Below, in pieces: positions 7,924 through 18,498 of a stretch of DNA of 64,000 bases (within the stretch, counting starts at the first letter, position 1; every line of letters begins with the position of its first letter). The notes beneath the pieces are model-generated. The model was not told the DNA's origin and ran no database searches. It saw only the letters and a list, made by a program, of their open reading frames with translations. The stretch lies in assembly GCA_963735805.1 (NCBI GenBank), contig CAVTMK010000002.1, positions 544,001-608,000 of the forward strand, given 5' to 3'. Source of the DNA: an uncultured Verrucomicrobiae bacterium (GTDB lineage Bacteria; Verrucomicrobiota; Verrucomicrobiia; Chthoniobacterales; UBA10450). Position numbers and translations under genes: made by a program.

Positions 7924-10062
7924 ATGGAGGTGATGCCTGCAGTTGCTACAGGTCCAATGATTCGGCGTGAGATCGGCGACGATCACGTTTGCCTGCTCAC
8001 TTTTGATCGCCCCGAATCCGGCGTGAACATCTTCGACGCAGCGACGCTCGATGAGTTGAATGAGCACCTCGATTTTGTTAAGAATGATGCCGGCTTGCGT
8101 GGCGTGATCATTGCGTCGGCGAAAAAATCTATTTTCGTAGCGGGCGCGGATTTAAAGACGCTGTTGGAACAGGCGCAAACCGGTGAGATGCGCGCGTTCA
8201 TTGCGCAGGGACAGAAGATCTTCAACCGGCTGGCAGAGTTGAAGATTCCGACTGTCGCGGCGATTCATGGTGCGTCCGCCGGCGGCGGCTACGAAGTCGC
8301 TCTGGCGTGCGATTATCGGATCGTTTCGGAGGATCCAGCGACACGGATAGGACTTCCTGAGACGACCCTCGGCCTGATTCCCGCGTGGGGCGGGTGTACC
8401 CGTCTGCCCCGGTTGATTGGTGTTGAAAAAGCGGCGGAGGTAATTGTAAACGGGAAACTTTATCCGGCGCAGGAAGCCCGTAGGCTGGGCTTGGTTGATG
8501 GAGTCGCGTCACGTGATAAACTTCTCGAGCTGGCCCGGAAGAAGTTGCGCGACGGAAAACGCAAATTGGAGGGGCAAGTTCCCGCGGGCCCGACGTCGCA
8601 GGAGATTCGCCCTCCAAAACAAACCGGAAACGAAGCACCGGAACGTGCCTTGGAAATCATCACCAAAACCCCATCGCTTTCATCCGATGAATCGTTGCGA
8701 ATGGAACTCGATGCCATTGTCGATCTTGGGAAGTCGGAATCGACTCAAAACTTGATTCGAAATTTTTTCCTGGCCGAAAAGTACAAGAAAGGAACTTCAA
8801 AGGAGGGCCAGCAGAAAGTACTGCACGCCGCGGTGATAGGCGCAGGCGTAATGGGCTCGGGAATCGCGCAATGGCTTAGCTCGCGCGGCGTAACGGTCAT
8901 TCTGCGTGATATTGCGCGTGAGCAGCTCGACCGCGGTCTCGCGAACATCGAGAAGACGTATGCAGATGCCGTAAAGCGCGGTTTAATGAGCGAGGAAAAA
9001 GCAAAAACAGGTCGCGCTCGGATTGTCGCTTCCACTGCGCCGATGGAATTGCGGGACGTCCAATTTGTCATTGAGGCCGCTTCGGAAAAATTTGAAGTAA
9101 AGAAGGAAATCTTTCGTGAGCTGGCGATGCAGGCAGGCCCGAAGACGATCGTCGCCACAAATACCTCCGCGCTTCCCGTCGGCAGGCTGGCTGATGCTAC
9201 CGTCTCGCCCGAGCACGTGATCGGTCTTCATTTCTTCAATCCGGTTAGTCGGATGAAACTGGTGGAAGTCGTTATTGCGAAACAAACCTCGGACGAGACG
9301 CGCGACCGGAGCCTGGCCTTTGTGCGACAAGTTGGAAAACTGCCGGTGATTGTGCACGACAGCCCCGGTTTTCTGGTCAACCGCGTTTTGTTTCCTTATT
9401 TGCTGGATGCTGCTGAATTGTTCGAAAGTGGTATGGAAGCCGAGAAAATCGACACAGCGCTTGTGAAATGGGGCATGCCGATGGGGCCGCTGCGATTGAT
9501 CGATGAAATCGGTGTCGATATTACCATCGATATTGGCAACACGTTGGAAAAGGCATACGGGCGGCGCGATCACGTTTCCGCCGCTCTGCTCTGGCTGCGC
9601 GATGGCAAGATGCTTGGCCGCAAAACGGGCGCCGGTTTTTACAAATATGAAGGTAAAGCGCAGACGCCTAACGAATCACTCGCACAATGGCGGCGCGCTC
9701 GGGTTGTAGCCGGGGGCGATGATCCTGGCGGGACCCACGGTACCGCAATAACCCGGCCGGCGTCACCGCCACCGGCTACAGCTGATGACTTGGCACACCG
9801 CTTGATCTTCTTGATGGTCAACGAAGCCGCCCGCTGTGTGGAAGAAAATGTCGTCGATTCACCCGAAGACGCCGACTACGGAATGATTTTGGGAACCGGT
9901 TTCGCGCCTTTCCGGGGCGGGCCGTTGCGGTTCGCGGAACATTTTGGAATAAGAAAAGTTGTCGATGACCTGGAACGGCTGGCGCAGACTGAAGAGAAAT
10001 TTTTGCCCTGCGAGATATTGAAGAAGCACGCTCGCGACGGAACAAAATTTTATGCAGATTGA
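7924..10062 (+). CDS. fadJ: enoyl-CoA hydratase / 3-hydroxyacyl-CoA dehydrogenase (FadB/FadJ-like)
   Basis: FVAGAD, GGGYE, GLPETTLG; GAGVMGSGI, ATNTSAL, HFFNP and PGFLVNR motifs. Confidence 0.92.
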   Translation: MEVMPAVATGPMIRREIGDDHVCLLTFDRPESGVNIFDAATLDELNEHLDFVKNDAGLRGVIIASAKKSIFVAGADLKTLLEQAQTGEMRAFIAQGQKIFNRLAELKIPTVAAIHGASAGGGYEVALACDYRIVSEDPATRIGLPETTLGLIPAWGGCTRLPRLIGVEKAAEVIVNGKLYPAQEARRLGLVDGVASRDKLLELARKKLRDGKRKLEGQVPAGPTSQEIRPPKQTGNEAPERALEIITKTPSLSSDESLRMELDAIVDLGKSESTQNLIRNFFLAEKYKKGTSKEGQQKVLHAAVIGAGVMGSGIAQWLSSRGVTVILRDIAREQLDRGLANIEKTYADAVKRGLMSEEKAKTGRARIVASTAPMELRDVQFVIEAASEKFEVKKEIFRELAMQAGPKTIVATNTSALPVGRLADATVSPEHVIGLHFFNPVSRMKLVEVVIAKQTSDETRDRSLAFVRQVGKLPVIVHDSPGFLVNRVLFPYLLDAAELFESGMEAEKIDTALVKWGMPMGPLRLIDEIGVDITIDIGNTLEKAYGRRDHVSAALLWLRDGKMLGRKTGAGFYKYEGKAQTPNESLAQWRRARVVAGGDDPGGTHGTAITRPASPPPATADDLAHRLIFLMVNEAARCVEENVVDSPEDADYGMILGTGFAPFRGGPLRFAEHFGIRKVVDDLERLAQTEEKFLPCEILKKHARDGTKFYAD
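9705..9780. repeat. GTAG-type REP-like element inside the fadJ reading frame
   Basis: 25-nt imperfect inverted arms TGTAGCCGGGGGCGATGATCCTGGC / GCCGGCGTCACCGCCACCGGCTACA; same termini and length as 6247-6322. Confidence 0.75.
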
Positions 10063-10114
10063 AACCCGCTTGAACTCAGAAATGCGTCGACTTCGATCGA
10101 TATGACAAATTGAT

Positions 10115-12043
10115 ATGAAAAGCCCCTTGGAAGCGCCGGAAAGACAAGTCGCTCAGGAAACCAGCGCGAAATCCGAAAAGCCGCTGCCCACGGCCATCGA
10201 CACGTCGAAGATGGCGAAGGGCCAGCGGGAAGCGCTCGAGTTGGCGGAAGCGGCGCGTGATCCGCTGGAGGACCGCGGCAGTTTCGCCAGCAACCTTTTT
10301 GTCGGTCGGTACGATTTCAATCGGATTTACCCATATCCCGCGCAGAGCACTGAAGATCGCGCGGCTGGCGATGGATTTTTGCAAAAACTGGAAAGTTATC
10401 TGCGCGAACATGTCGATCCGGACGAGATCGATCGCACCGGTGAAATTCCACCGGAAAATTTCAAAGGACTTTCTGAAATCGGAGCCTTTGGAATCAAGGT
10501 GCCGAAGAAGTATGGCGGACTCGGTTTGTCTCAATCTAATTACGGACGGGCCGCGGTTTTGATGGGGAGCTGGGATGGCAACGTGGCCGCTCTCGTTTCC
10601 GCGCATCAATCGATCGGAGTCGCGCAACCGCTGCTCCTGTTCGGCACAGAAGAGCAGAAACAAAAGTATCTGCCACGCGTTGCAGGCGGAGAAATCTCAG
10701 CGTTCGCATTGACGGAAACACATGCTGGCTCAGACCCGGCGACGATGAGCCTGCGGGCTGAGCCCAGCCCTGATGGCAGTGAATTCGTTCTAAATGGCGA
10801 AAAACTGTGGTGCACTAACGGCGTGAAAGCCGGGGTCCTCGTGGTGATGGCGCGCACGCCTTCCAAGATGGTCGGCGGGAAGGAGCGCAAGCAAATCACG
10901 GCATTCATTGTCGATGTCGACACACCGGGGCTGGAGATCATTTATCGCTGCCGCTTCATGGGATTGCGCGCGCTTTACAATGCGGTCGTGAAGTTCACGG
11001 ACGTGCGAGTGCCGTGCGAAAACATTATCTCCAAGGAAGGCGCCGGGCTTAGGGTCGCCCTGACAACGCTAAACACAGGGCGACTCACGTTGCCCGCGGC
11101 GTGCGTTGGCCTTTCCAAGCGGCTACTCGAAATCTCGCGAAAATGGGCAGGCGAACGGATCCAATGGGGGGTGCCGATTGGTAAACATGCCGCGATTGCT
11201 GGAAAGATCGCCGAGATGGCCGGCAACGTTTTCGCCATGGAAGCGATGACCTTTTTGACGTCGTCGCTGCTGGATCGGAAAGCGGGCGATCTGCGGATCG
11301 AAACGGCGATGTGCAAAATGTGGGCAACTGAAACGACCTGGAGGATTGCCGATGACGCGATGCAAGTGCGCGGCGGTCGCGGCTACGAAACTGCTCAATC
11401 GCTGGCTGGAAGAGGAGAGCCGCCGATTGCAGTGGAGAGATTTCTGCGGGATTGCCGGGTCAACACGATCTTCGAAGGCTCGAGTGAAATCATGCGGTTG
11501 TTCATTGCTCGCGAAGCGCTCGATCCGCACTTGAAAGTCGGCGGTGCGATTTTCAACACGCAGTTGCCGACGTCCGAGCGCGCGAAAGCCATTTTCAGTT
11601 CTGGAAAATTTTATGCCGGCTGGTATCCGCGCCAGTGGTTACTCAGCGGCGCGGGTAAGATCGACAATCTGCACGTCACTTTACAAGGACATGTGGATTA
11701 CGCTGCGCGCACAAGCAAAAGACTCGCGCGCGGTTTGTTTCATGCCATGGCACGGTTTGGGCCGAAACTCGACCGTGAGCAACTGCTGCTGTCGCGCTTT
11801 GTAGGAATTGCCACCGAGCTCTTTGCGATCAGCACGACCTGTTCTTACGCGCAATGGCTGCTTGGCCAGGGGAAACCGGCCGATGAAGTTCTCGCAGTGG
11901 CGGATTATTTCTCTCGTTCTGCGAAGACACGAATCGATCATCATTTCGCCGGCACGATGCGCAACGTGGACAAACGTGGTTACGCGTTGGTCCAAGATTT
12001 GTTAGCAGGAAAACACGAGCTCCTGCGTGACGGGATTGTGTAG
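10115..12043 (+). CDS. acyl-CoA dehydrogenase (long ACAD9/VLCAD-like)
   Basis: AFALTETHAGSD, LNGEKLWCTNG, QVRGGRGY and IFEGSSEI motifs. Confidence 0.93.
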   Translation: MKSPLEAPERQVAQETSAKSEKPLPTAIDTSKMAKGQREALELAEAARDPLEDRGSFASNLFVGRYDFNRIYPYPAQSTEDRAAGDGFLQKLESYLREHVDPDEIDRTGEIPPENFKGLSEIGAFGIKVPKKYGGLGLSQSNYGRAAVLMGSWDGNVAALVSAHQSIGVAQPLLLFGTEEQKQKYLPRVAGGEISAFALTETHAGSDPATMSLRAEPSPDGSEFVLNGEKLWCTNGVKAGVLVVMARTPSKMVGGKERKQITAFIVDVDTPGLEIIYRCRFMGLRALYNAVVKFTDVRVPCENIISKEGAGLRVALTTLNTGRLTLPAACVGLSKRLLEISRKWAGERIQWGVPIGKHAAIAGKIAEMAGNVFAMEAMTFLTSSLLDRKAGDLRIETAMCKMWATETTWRIADDAMQVRGGRGYETAQSLAGRGEPPIAVERFLRDCRVNTIFEGSSEIMRLFIAREALDPHLKVGGAIFNTQLPTSERAKAIFSSGKFYAGWYPRQWLLSGAGKIDNLHVTLQGHVDYAARTSKRLARGLFHAMARFGPKLDREQLLLSRFVGIATELFAISTTCSYAQWLLGQGKPADEVLAVADYFSRSAKTRIDHHFAGTMRNVDKRGYALVQDLLAGKHELLRDGIV

Positions 12044-12060
12044 TTACGCGCGTTTCGCGC

Positions 12061-12861
12061 ATGCGTTGCGGAAGGGCTTCCGGCACCAGGGACGGCTATT
12101 CCAGATGCAGCCTTGATTCTTGTGCGCATTTTTGTTTGGATCGACGTGTGCCTGTTGACGAGGACGAGGCCTCGGAAAGTCGATCTGGATTAAGTTCGCC
12201 ACGGGAAATCCATCCGGAGGCGGACGCACCAAACAACTCAATTACGTTTACAACGACGCATTGGAGCGTGGTGCTGGAAGCGCAAGGTCAATCACCTGCA
12301 GCGCAAGAGGCATTGGAAAAGCTGTGCCGCACTTACTGGCGACCTGTGTATGGTTTCATCAGGAGACAAGGTCGTCGTCCTGAAGAGGCGGAAGACCTTA
12401 CGCAAGGGTTCTTTTCCCTGCTGTTAGAGCGGCGCGATTTCGATGCTGTCCGCAAGGAGAAAGGACGCCTGCGTTCTTATCTTCTCACCTCGCTGAAACA
12501 TTTCATCACCAGCGAGCAGCGCCGTGCGATGACATTGAAACGAGGCAAAGGACAACAGCTGATCCCGCTGGAAGAATTGAGGACAAATGAGCGATTCGAG
12601 ATGGAACCAGCAGATCCTCTCAGCGCTGACCGCCTGTATGAACGCCGCTGGGCGTTGACGCTGATGGAGCAGGTCCTGCGACGATTGAAGGACGAATACT
12701 GCACGAGCGACCATGCCGCGCTATTCGATGCACTAAAACAATTGCTTCCAGACGAACCGGGAGCACAGTCACGGACGGAGATCGCATTACAGTTGGGCAT
12801 GACGGACAATGCACTTCGGCAAGCCTACCATCGGTTTCGTCACCGTTATCAACTCCGATGA
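12061..12861 (+). CDS. ECF-type sigma-70 factor, apparently short at the C-terminus; start uncertain (perhaps GTG 12148)
   Basis: FTTTHWSVV, AEDLTQGFF and GRLRSYL (region 2); EIALQLGMTDNALRQAYHRFRHRY (region 4 HTH), then an immediate stop. Confidence 0.75.
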   Translation: MRCGRASGTRDGYSRCSLDSCAHFCLDRRVPVDEDEASESRSGLSSPREIHPEADAPNNSITFTTTHWSVVLEAQGQSPAAQEALEKLCRTYWRPVYGFIRRQGRRPEEAEDLTQGFFSLLLERRDFDAVRKEKGRLRSYLLTSLKHFITSEQRRAMTLKRGKGQQLIPLEELRTNERFEMEPADPLSADRLYERRWALTLMEQVLRRLKDEYCTSDHAALFDALKQLLPDEPGAQSRTEIALQLGMTDNALRQAYHRFRHRYQLR

Positions 12862-12966
12862 CCTACATCCTGCGACTTAACGCCCTAACGACCTAAGGCG
12901 TCGAAGCCACTTTCTGCGTAACAAGACGGAACATTTCGCACAGTACACCAGCGAACGGGCTGGAAC

Positions 12967-12989
12967 TGACTTCTCACGGTGAGAAGTCA
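12967..12989. promoter_or_regulatory. perfect 11-bp inverted repeat, operator-like
   Basis: TGACTTCTCAC-G-GTGAGAAGTCA, about 20 nt upstream of the RBS of the next gene. Confidence 0.45.
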
Positions 12990-13022
12990 ACGAAGCCCAA
13001 AATAACAAAAGGAAAATCAAAT

Positions 13023-13541
13023 ACGAAAAATCAGAGCAGTCAGTATAAAACCACAATTGCAGCGGTTCTCATCGCGCTGGCATTTGCTTGCCCGTCTTTG
13101 TCGACGGCGCAAGAACAACAAAACAGCGACGAGGACGGCGCCGCGATTGTCGGCTTATGGCACGAGAATTATGTCAGTGACTTCGGTCCGCCATTTGAAA
13201 CCTACACGCAATGGCACAGCGATGGCCTTAAAATCGAAACCCCCAACTTTTTGAATGGGGTATGTGTGGGAACGTTTAAACACACGCGGGCCAGGACATT
13301 TAAGCTTTTCCACGTGGGATGGACACCGGGTGGTATCCCACCTGCTCCTACGGCCGTACGCTTCGAGTTGAGGGAACTGAATACGGTCGACCGTGATCAT
13401 AATAGCTTCGCTGGCACATATGATCAGAAATTCTTCGACGCTAATGGAAACGTCGTAGCCGAAGATACCGGGACGATCAATGCAACGCGCCTTACTGCCG
13501 ATCTATTCGCAGATCAATCGGGCGCCGCCGCGATCAAATAA
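13023..13541 (+). CDS. secreted beta-rich hypothetical protein with apparent ACG start
   Basis: AAGGA at 13009-13013, then in-frame ACG-KNQSSQYKTTIAAVLIALAFACPSLSTA (signal peptide) continuing into ORF 13098-13541. Confidence 0.65.
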   Translation, partial: TKNQSSQYKTTIAAVLIALAFACPSLSTAQEQQNSDEDGAAIVGLWHENYVSDFGPPFETYTQWHSDGLKIETPNFLNGVCVGTFKHTRARTFKLFHVGWTPGGIPPAPTAVRFELRELNTVDRDHNSFAGTYDQKFFDANGNVVAEDTGTINATRLTADLFADQSGAAAIK

Positions 13542-13548
13542 TTCATAA

Positions 13549-13592
13549 GAGAGCCTCTTCGGTCGTGACGAAACCGCGCCGGAGAGGCTCTC
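13549..13592 (+). terminator. stem-loop after the secreted protein gene (no clear U-tract)
   Basis: GAGAGCCTCTTCGG...CCGGAGAGGCTCTC. Confidence 0.45.
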
Positions 13593-13713
13593 GATGAGTC
13601 GACCACTCTCGCTAGTCTTCTTGCAGTCACGTCATCGGTCGCCTCAATCTACGACCCAGCTGAAATACGAGCACGTCGGTTGACCAACCAGTACGTCACG
13701 GCTAATCTCAACA

Positions 13714-15099
13714 ATGAGTATGCCGCCCGTGCTCACGGAGGCGGCTTCATCTCGAAGCCCCACCACAAAGAGCGACAAACAAAAAGCAATATCACCGTCG
13801 AAGGTTCTCGAAGAAATCGAGCAACATGTCTTGCTCGATGGTTTCAAGATCGTTATCGATCTCGACAGAAGTCGCGGCTCCTATTTATACAACGCCGTCA
13901 CCAATAAACCGCTCATTGATTTCTACGGATTCTTCGGCTCGATGCCGGTTGGATTTAATCATCCGCACTTTGATGATCCTGCAGTGCAGCGCGATCTTCT
14001 TCGCGCCGCGAAAGTCAAAATCGCCAACTCGGATGTTTATTCGCAGGGATATGCGGAGTTTGTGGAAACCTTCGAGCGCGTAGTCGGGTTACCGCCGCTG
14101 GAGCGCTATCTTTTCATCGAGGGAGGCGCGATGGCAGTCGAGAATTGTCTGAAGGCGGCGATGGATTGGAAAGTGCGCAAGAACATGGCGGCGGGCCGTG
14201 GCGAACGCGGCACTCAGGTTTTGCATTTCCGCCGCGCTTTTCACGGCCGCAGCGGCTACACCATGAGCCTCACGAATACCGATCCGCGCAAGACGGATTT
14301 GTTTGCGAAATTCGATTGGCCGCGCGTTTCGTGTCCACACATCGATTTTTCGCTGCCGGAATCGAAGCGCGAAGCCGATGTCATTGGGCGCGAAGAGAAA
14401 GCCGAGCGCGAAATCCGCGACTTCATCGAGCAGCGCAACATCGACATCTGCGCCATCATCATCGAGCCGATCCAGGGCGAAGGCGGCGACAACCATTTCC
14501 GCGGTGAATGGCTGCAGAAGCTGCGAAAGATTTGCGACGAAAACGATATTCTTCTCATCTTCGATGAAGTGCAGTGCGGCATGGGCGCGACGGGTCGCAA
14601 CTGGTGCTGCGAACATTTTAATGTGGTGCCCGATCTCATGGCGTTTGGAAAAAAGGCGCAGGTATGCGGGGTGATGGCAGGGCCGCGTATCGATGAAGTG
14701 AAAGACAACGCGTTTCGCCTGTCCAGCCGGCTGAATTCTACCTGGGGCGGCAATTTCACGGACATGGTGCGTTCGACCCATTTTCTGCGCATCATTGAAA
14801 AGGAACACCTGGTGGAGAACGCTGGAAAGGTCGGGGGATATTTCCTGGATCAACTACGTGTCCTCCAAGGAGAAGAGCCGCTGATTTCCGCCGCGCGCGG
14901 CCGGGGATTGTTCCTTGCTTTTGATCTTCCAGACGGAAAAACGCGCGAGGAATTTTGGAAAGGCTTTTTCGATCTGGGCGTGCTTACGCTTCGGTCAGGC
15001 GAGAATTCGGTCCGTTTCCGTCCGCCTCTCGACATTACACCCGAGGTGATTGATGAGGCGATGGATGCAATGCGGAAATATTGTCAAAAACGAAAATGA
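13714..15099 (+). CDS. lat: L-lysine 6-aminotransferase (class III PLP)
   Basis: FIEGGAMAVENCLKAAMDWK, AFHGRSGYTMSLTNT, EPIQGEGGD, FDEVQ, FGKK and SRLNSTWGG match the Lat pattern. Confidence 0.88.
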   Translation: MSMPPVLTEAASSRSPTTKSDKQKAISPSKVLEEIEQHVLLDGFKIVIDLDRSRGSYLYNAVTNKPLIDFYGFFGSMPVGFNHPHFDDPAVQRDLLRAAKVKIANSDVYSQGYAEFVETFERVVGLPPLERYLFIEGGAMAVENCLKAAMDWKVRKNMAAGRGERGTQVLHFRRAFHGRSGYTMSLTNTDPRKTDLFAKFDWPRVSCPHIDFSLPESKREADVIGREEKAEREIRDFIEQRNIDICAIIIEPIQGEGGDNHFRGEWLQKLRKICDENDILLIFDEVQCGMGATGRNWCCEHFNVVPDLMAFGKKAQVCGVMAGPRIDEVKDNAFRLSSRLNSTWGGNFTDMVRSTHFLRIIEKEHLVENAGKVGGYFLDQLRVLQGEEPLISAARGRGLFLAFDLPDGKTREEFWKGFFDLGVLTLRSGENSVRFRPPLDITPEVIDEAMDAMRKYCQKRK

Positions 15100-15125
15100 G
15101 GCCTAACGAAACCATAGTCGTTTGC

Positions 15126-15178
15126 TGGAGCCGCAGTCGTTAACCGCAGGGGAGCCGCAGCCGACGGCAGCGGCTACA
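15126..15178. repeat. degenerate GTAG-type REP-like element
   Basis: TGGAGCCGC...GCGGCTACA termini between lat and the ALDH gene. Confidence 0.55.
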
Positions 15179-15191
15179 ACAATCGTTCATT

Positions 15192-16727
<1,536 letters not shown>

Positions 16728-16780
16728 TCCCATCTCGAAGGCGACGCGGCCGCCGCCGCTTTCAGTGGCGCGTGTGTTAG

Positions 16781-18286
16781 TCAGCGCGCAATCGTCAGTT
16801 CCAGAAGCTCATCAACCTTTTTCGCGCTGTCGATGTTCATGATGCAGTGCCGCAGTTTTTCGCATTGATCTTTGCCAATGACGTCGCCGCCGAGCGCGTT
16901 GAATTTGACCGCGATTTCTTCCTCGGTCATAGGATCGCGCGGATCGCCTTTGGGCACATCGACTCGCGTTGAGTGTGATTTGCCGTCGTTGGTGGTGATG
17001 GTTACGCGGCTCGGTTGAAACTTGGGGAAAAGCGCTTCGAACTCTTCATTCGCGACCACTTTTATTTTGTCCATGATTGGAATCAGCGATTTATCGAGAA
17101 CACGCTCTTCTTTGAACTGCAGCGGCGTCACCATTCCGTCCACCAGCCCGACAGCCATGCAATAGGGCAGAGAATGATCGGCGGTTTCCTTCGAGTCGGG
17201 TCGATATTTGTGCGGATCGCCAAGAATATCTGCGGCGCGCGCGATTACTTCGACTTTGATTTCCCTAACGTCGTCGGCTTTGATCTTGTTTTCCTTAACC
17301 GTCTTCATCATGGCCGTGAGCGGCGCGTGACTTAGAGCTTCAATGGGAAAACTCTTCATCCCGCAATCCAGGATGCGGTAGTGCGATTTCGGTGATGTCG
17401 GCAAATCCTTGACCAACCCTTCGCCGTCGAAACTTGCCGGTTGTCCCTTGTATTGAACGTGACTGAACACAGCAAACAAGCCTTCCTTTCCATCGATGAT
17501 GTGCTCAGGTCCGGAGAATCCTTCGCGCGCAAGCAGTGCGCTTTCGGCGCCCATTCGTCCGGCCCACGGATCGACTGTGTTCTTCATGTTGGTCAATTTG
17601 CCGGCCGTGACCGCGCCCGGGCAAAACGTTCGCGAGGCGCTGATGCCGATCGCCGACACCATTTGTTCCGTTGTGAGATCCAATACGCGGCCCGCTGCCA
17701 CCGGCGCAGCGAAGGCGCTCAACGTAGCATGATGCCAGCCATATTCGCGCACGCCTGGCCGCCCGATTTCGCAGAGACGCATTTCGATTTCGTAGGCAAT
17801 AATGGTCGCGAGAATTAAATCTTTTCCGCTCAGACCTTCGCTTTCACAGAGCGCGAGAGGGGCCGCGATGAGATCGCTCGGATGGCATGGATCGGCTTTC
17901 CAGTAGATGTCGTTGTAATCCATGGCCCGCATCATGTGGCCATTCAAAAACGCTGCATCGACCGGGTTGGTCTTGAAGCCGGATACAAACGCAGTGGCTT
18001 TACCGCCGCCCTGACCCTCTGAGCGGTCGTGTTTCTTTGTCATTCCGAGCGAAGTGGAGGAATCTCTCGAACCCGTCTTTTCACCTGCCATCGCGCGGTG
18101 ATGCTTTAGTAAGATTTTGGCGTCCTCTTGTTGGCTCCCTCCGAGAGCGCACCCGATGGAGTCGAACCAGAACAATTTCGCTGCCTGGATCGCCTCCGGT
18201 GAAAGATCTTCGTATTTTAGTCTGCAGGCCCACTCAGCGATGACGTGTGACAGCAGACGTTTCGATTCGGTTCTTTGCTGTGCCAT
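16781..18286 (-). CDS. prpD: MmgE/PrpD family dehydratase
   Basis: DYND, HPSD, GWHH, ETADHSLPY and PKGDPRDP motifs. Confidence 0.88.
   Translation of the reverse strand: MAQQRTESKRLLSHVIAEWACRLKYEDLSPEAIQAAKLFWFDSIGCALGGSQQEDAKILLKHHRAMAGEKTGSRDSSTSLGMTKKHDRSEGQGGGKATAFVSGFKTNPVDAAFLNGHMMRAMDYNDIYWKADPCHPSDLIAAPLALCESEGLSGKDLILATIIAYEIEMRLCEIGRPGVREYGWHHATLSAFAAPVAAGRVLDLTTEQMVSAIGISASRTFCPGAVTAGKLTNMKNTVDPWAGRMGAESALLAREGFSGPEHIIDGKEGLFAVFSHVQYKGQPASFDGEGLVKDLPTSPKSHYRILDCGMKSFPIEALSHAPLTAMMKTVKENKIKADDVREIKVEVIARAADILGDPHKYRPDSKETADHSLPYCMAVGLVDGMVTPLQFKEERVLDKSLIPIMDKIKVVANEEFEALFPKFQPSRVTITTNDGKSHSTRVDVPKGDPRDPMTEEEIAVKFNALGGDVIGKDQCEKLRHCIMNIDSAKKVDELLELTIAR
18038..18067. repeat. half-palindromic repeat remnant inside the prpD frame
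   Basis: TGTCATTCCGAGCGAAGTGGAGGAATCTC, read as RDSSTSLGMT within a polar loop. Confidence 0.55.
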
Positions 18287-18498
18287 GACATGTCGATCTT
18301 GATTGGGTCGCGCACATTTTCAAGCCGCTTCTCGCCACTAACAACAGCGGACCGATGATGTTTCTCGTCCGGTCGCCGGAGGTGAATGCGGAGTGATCAC
18401 ATTTTCCGCTAGGCGTGGGCCAAATTGTGGGCCAAAATCCGGATGCCAAAGGCTTCCGTTTCCTGCTCTTGTCGGTGAGTTATGGCCAAAACGCCACT

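Noticed and set aside
16781..18286. Canonical methylcitrate cycle operon
   Set aside because: No prpB or prpC in the window; the context is lysine/homoaconitase instead
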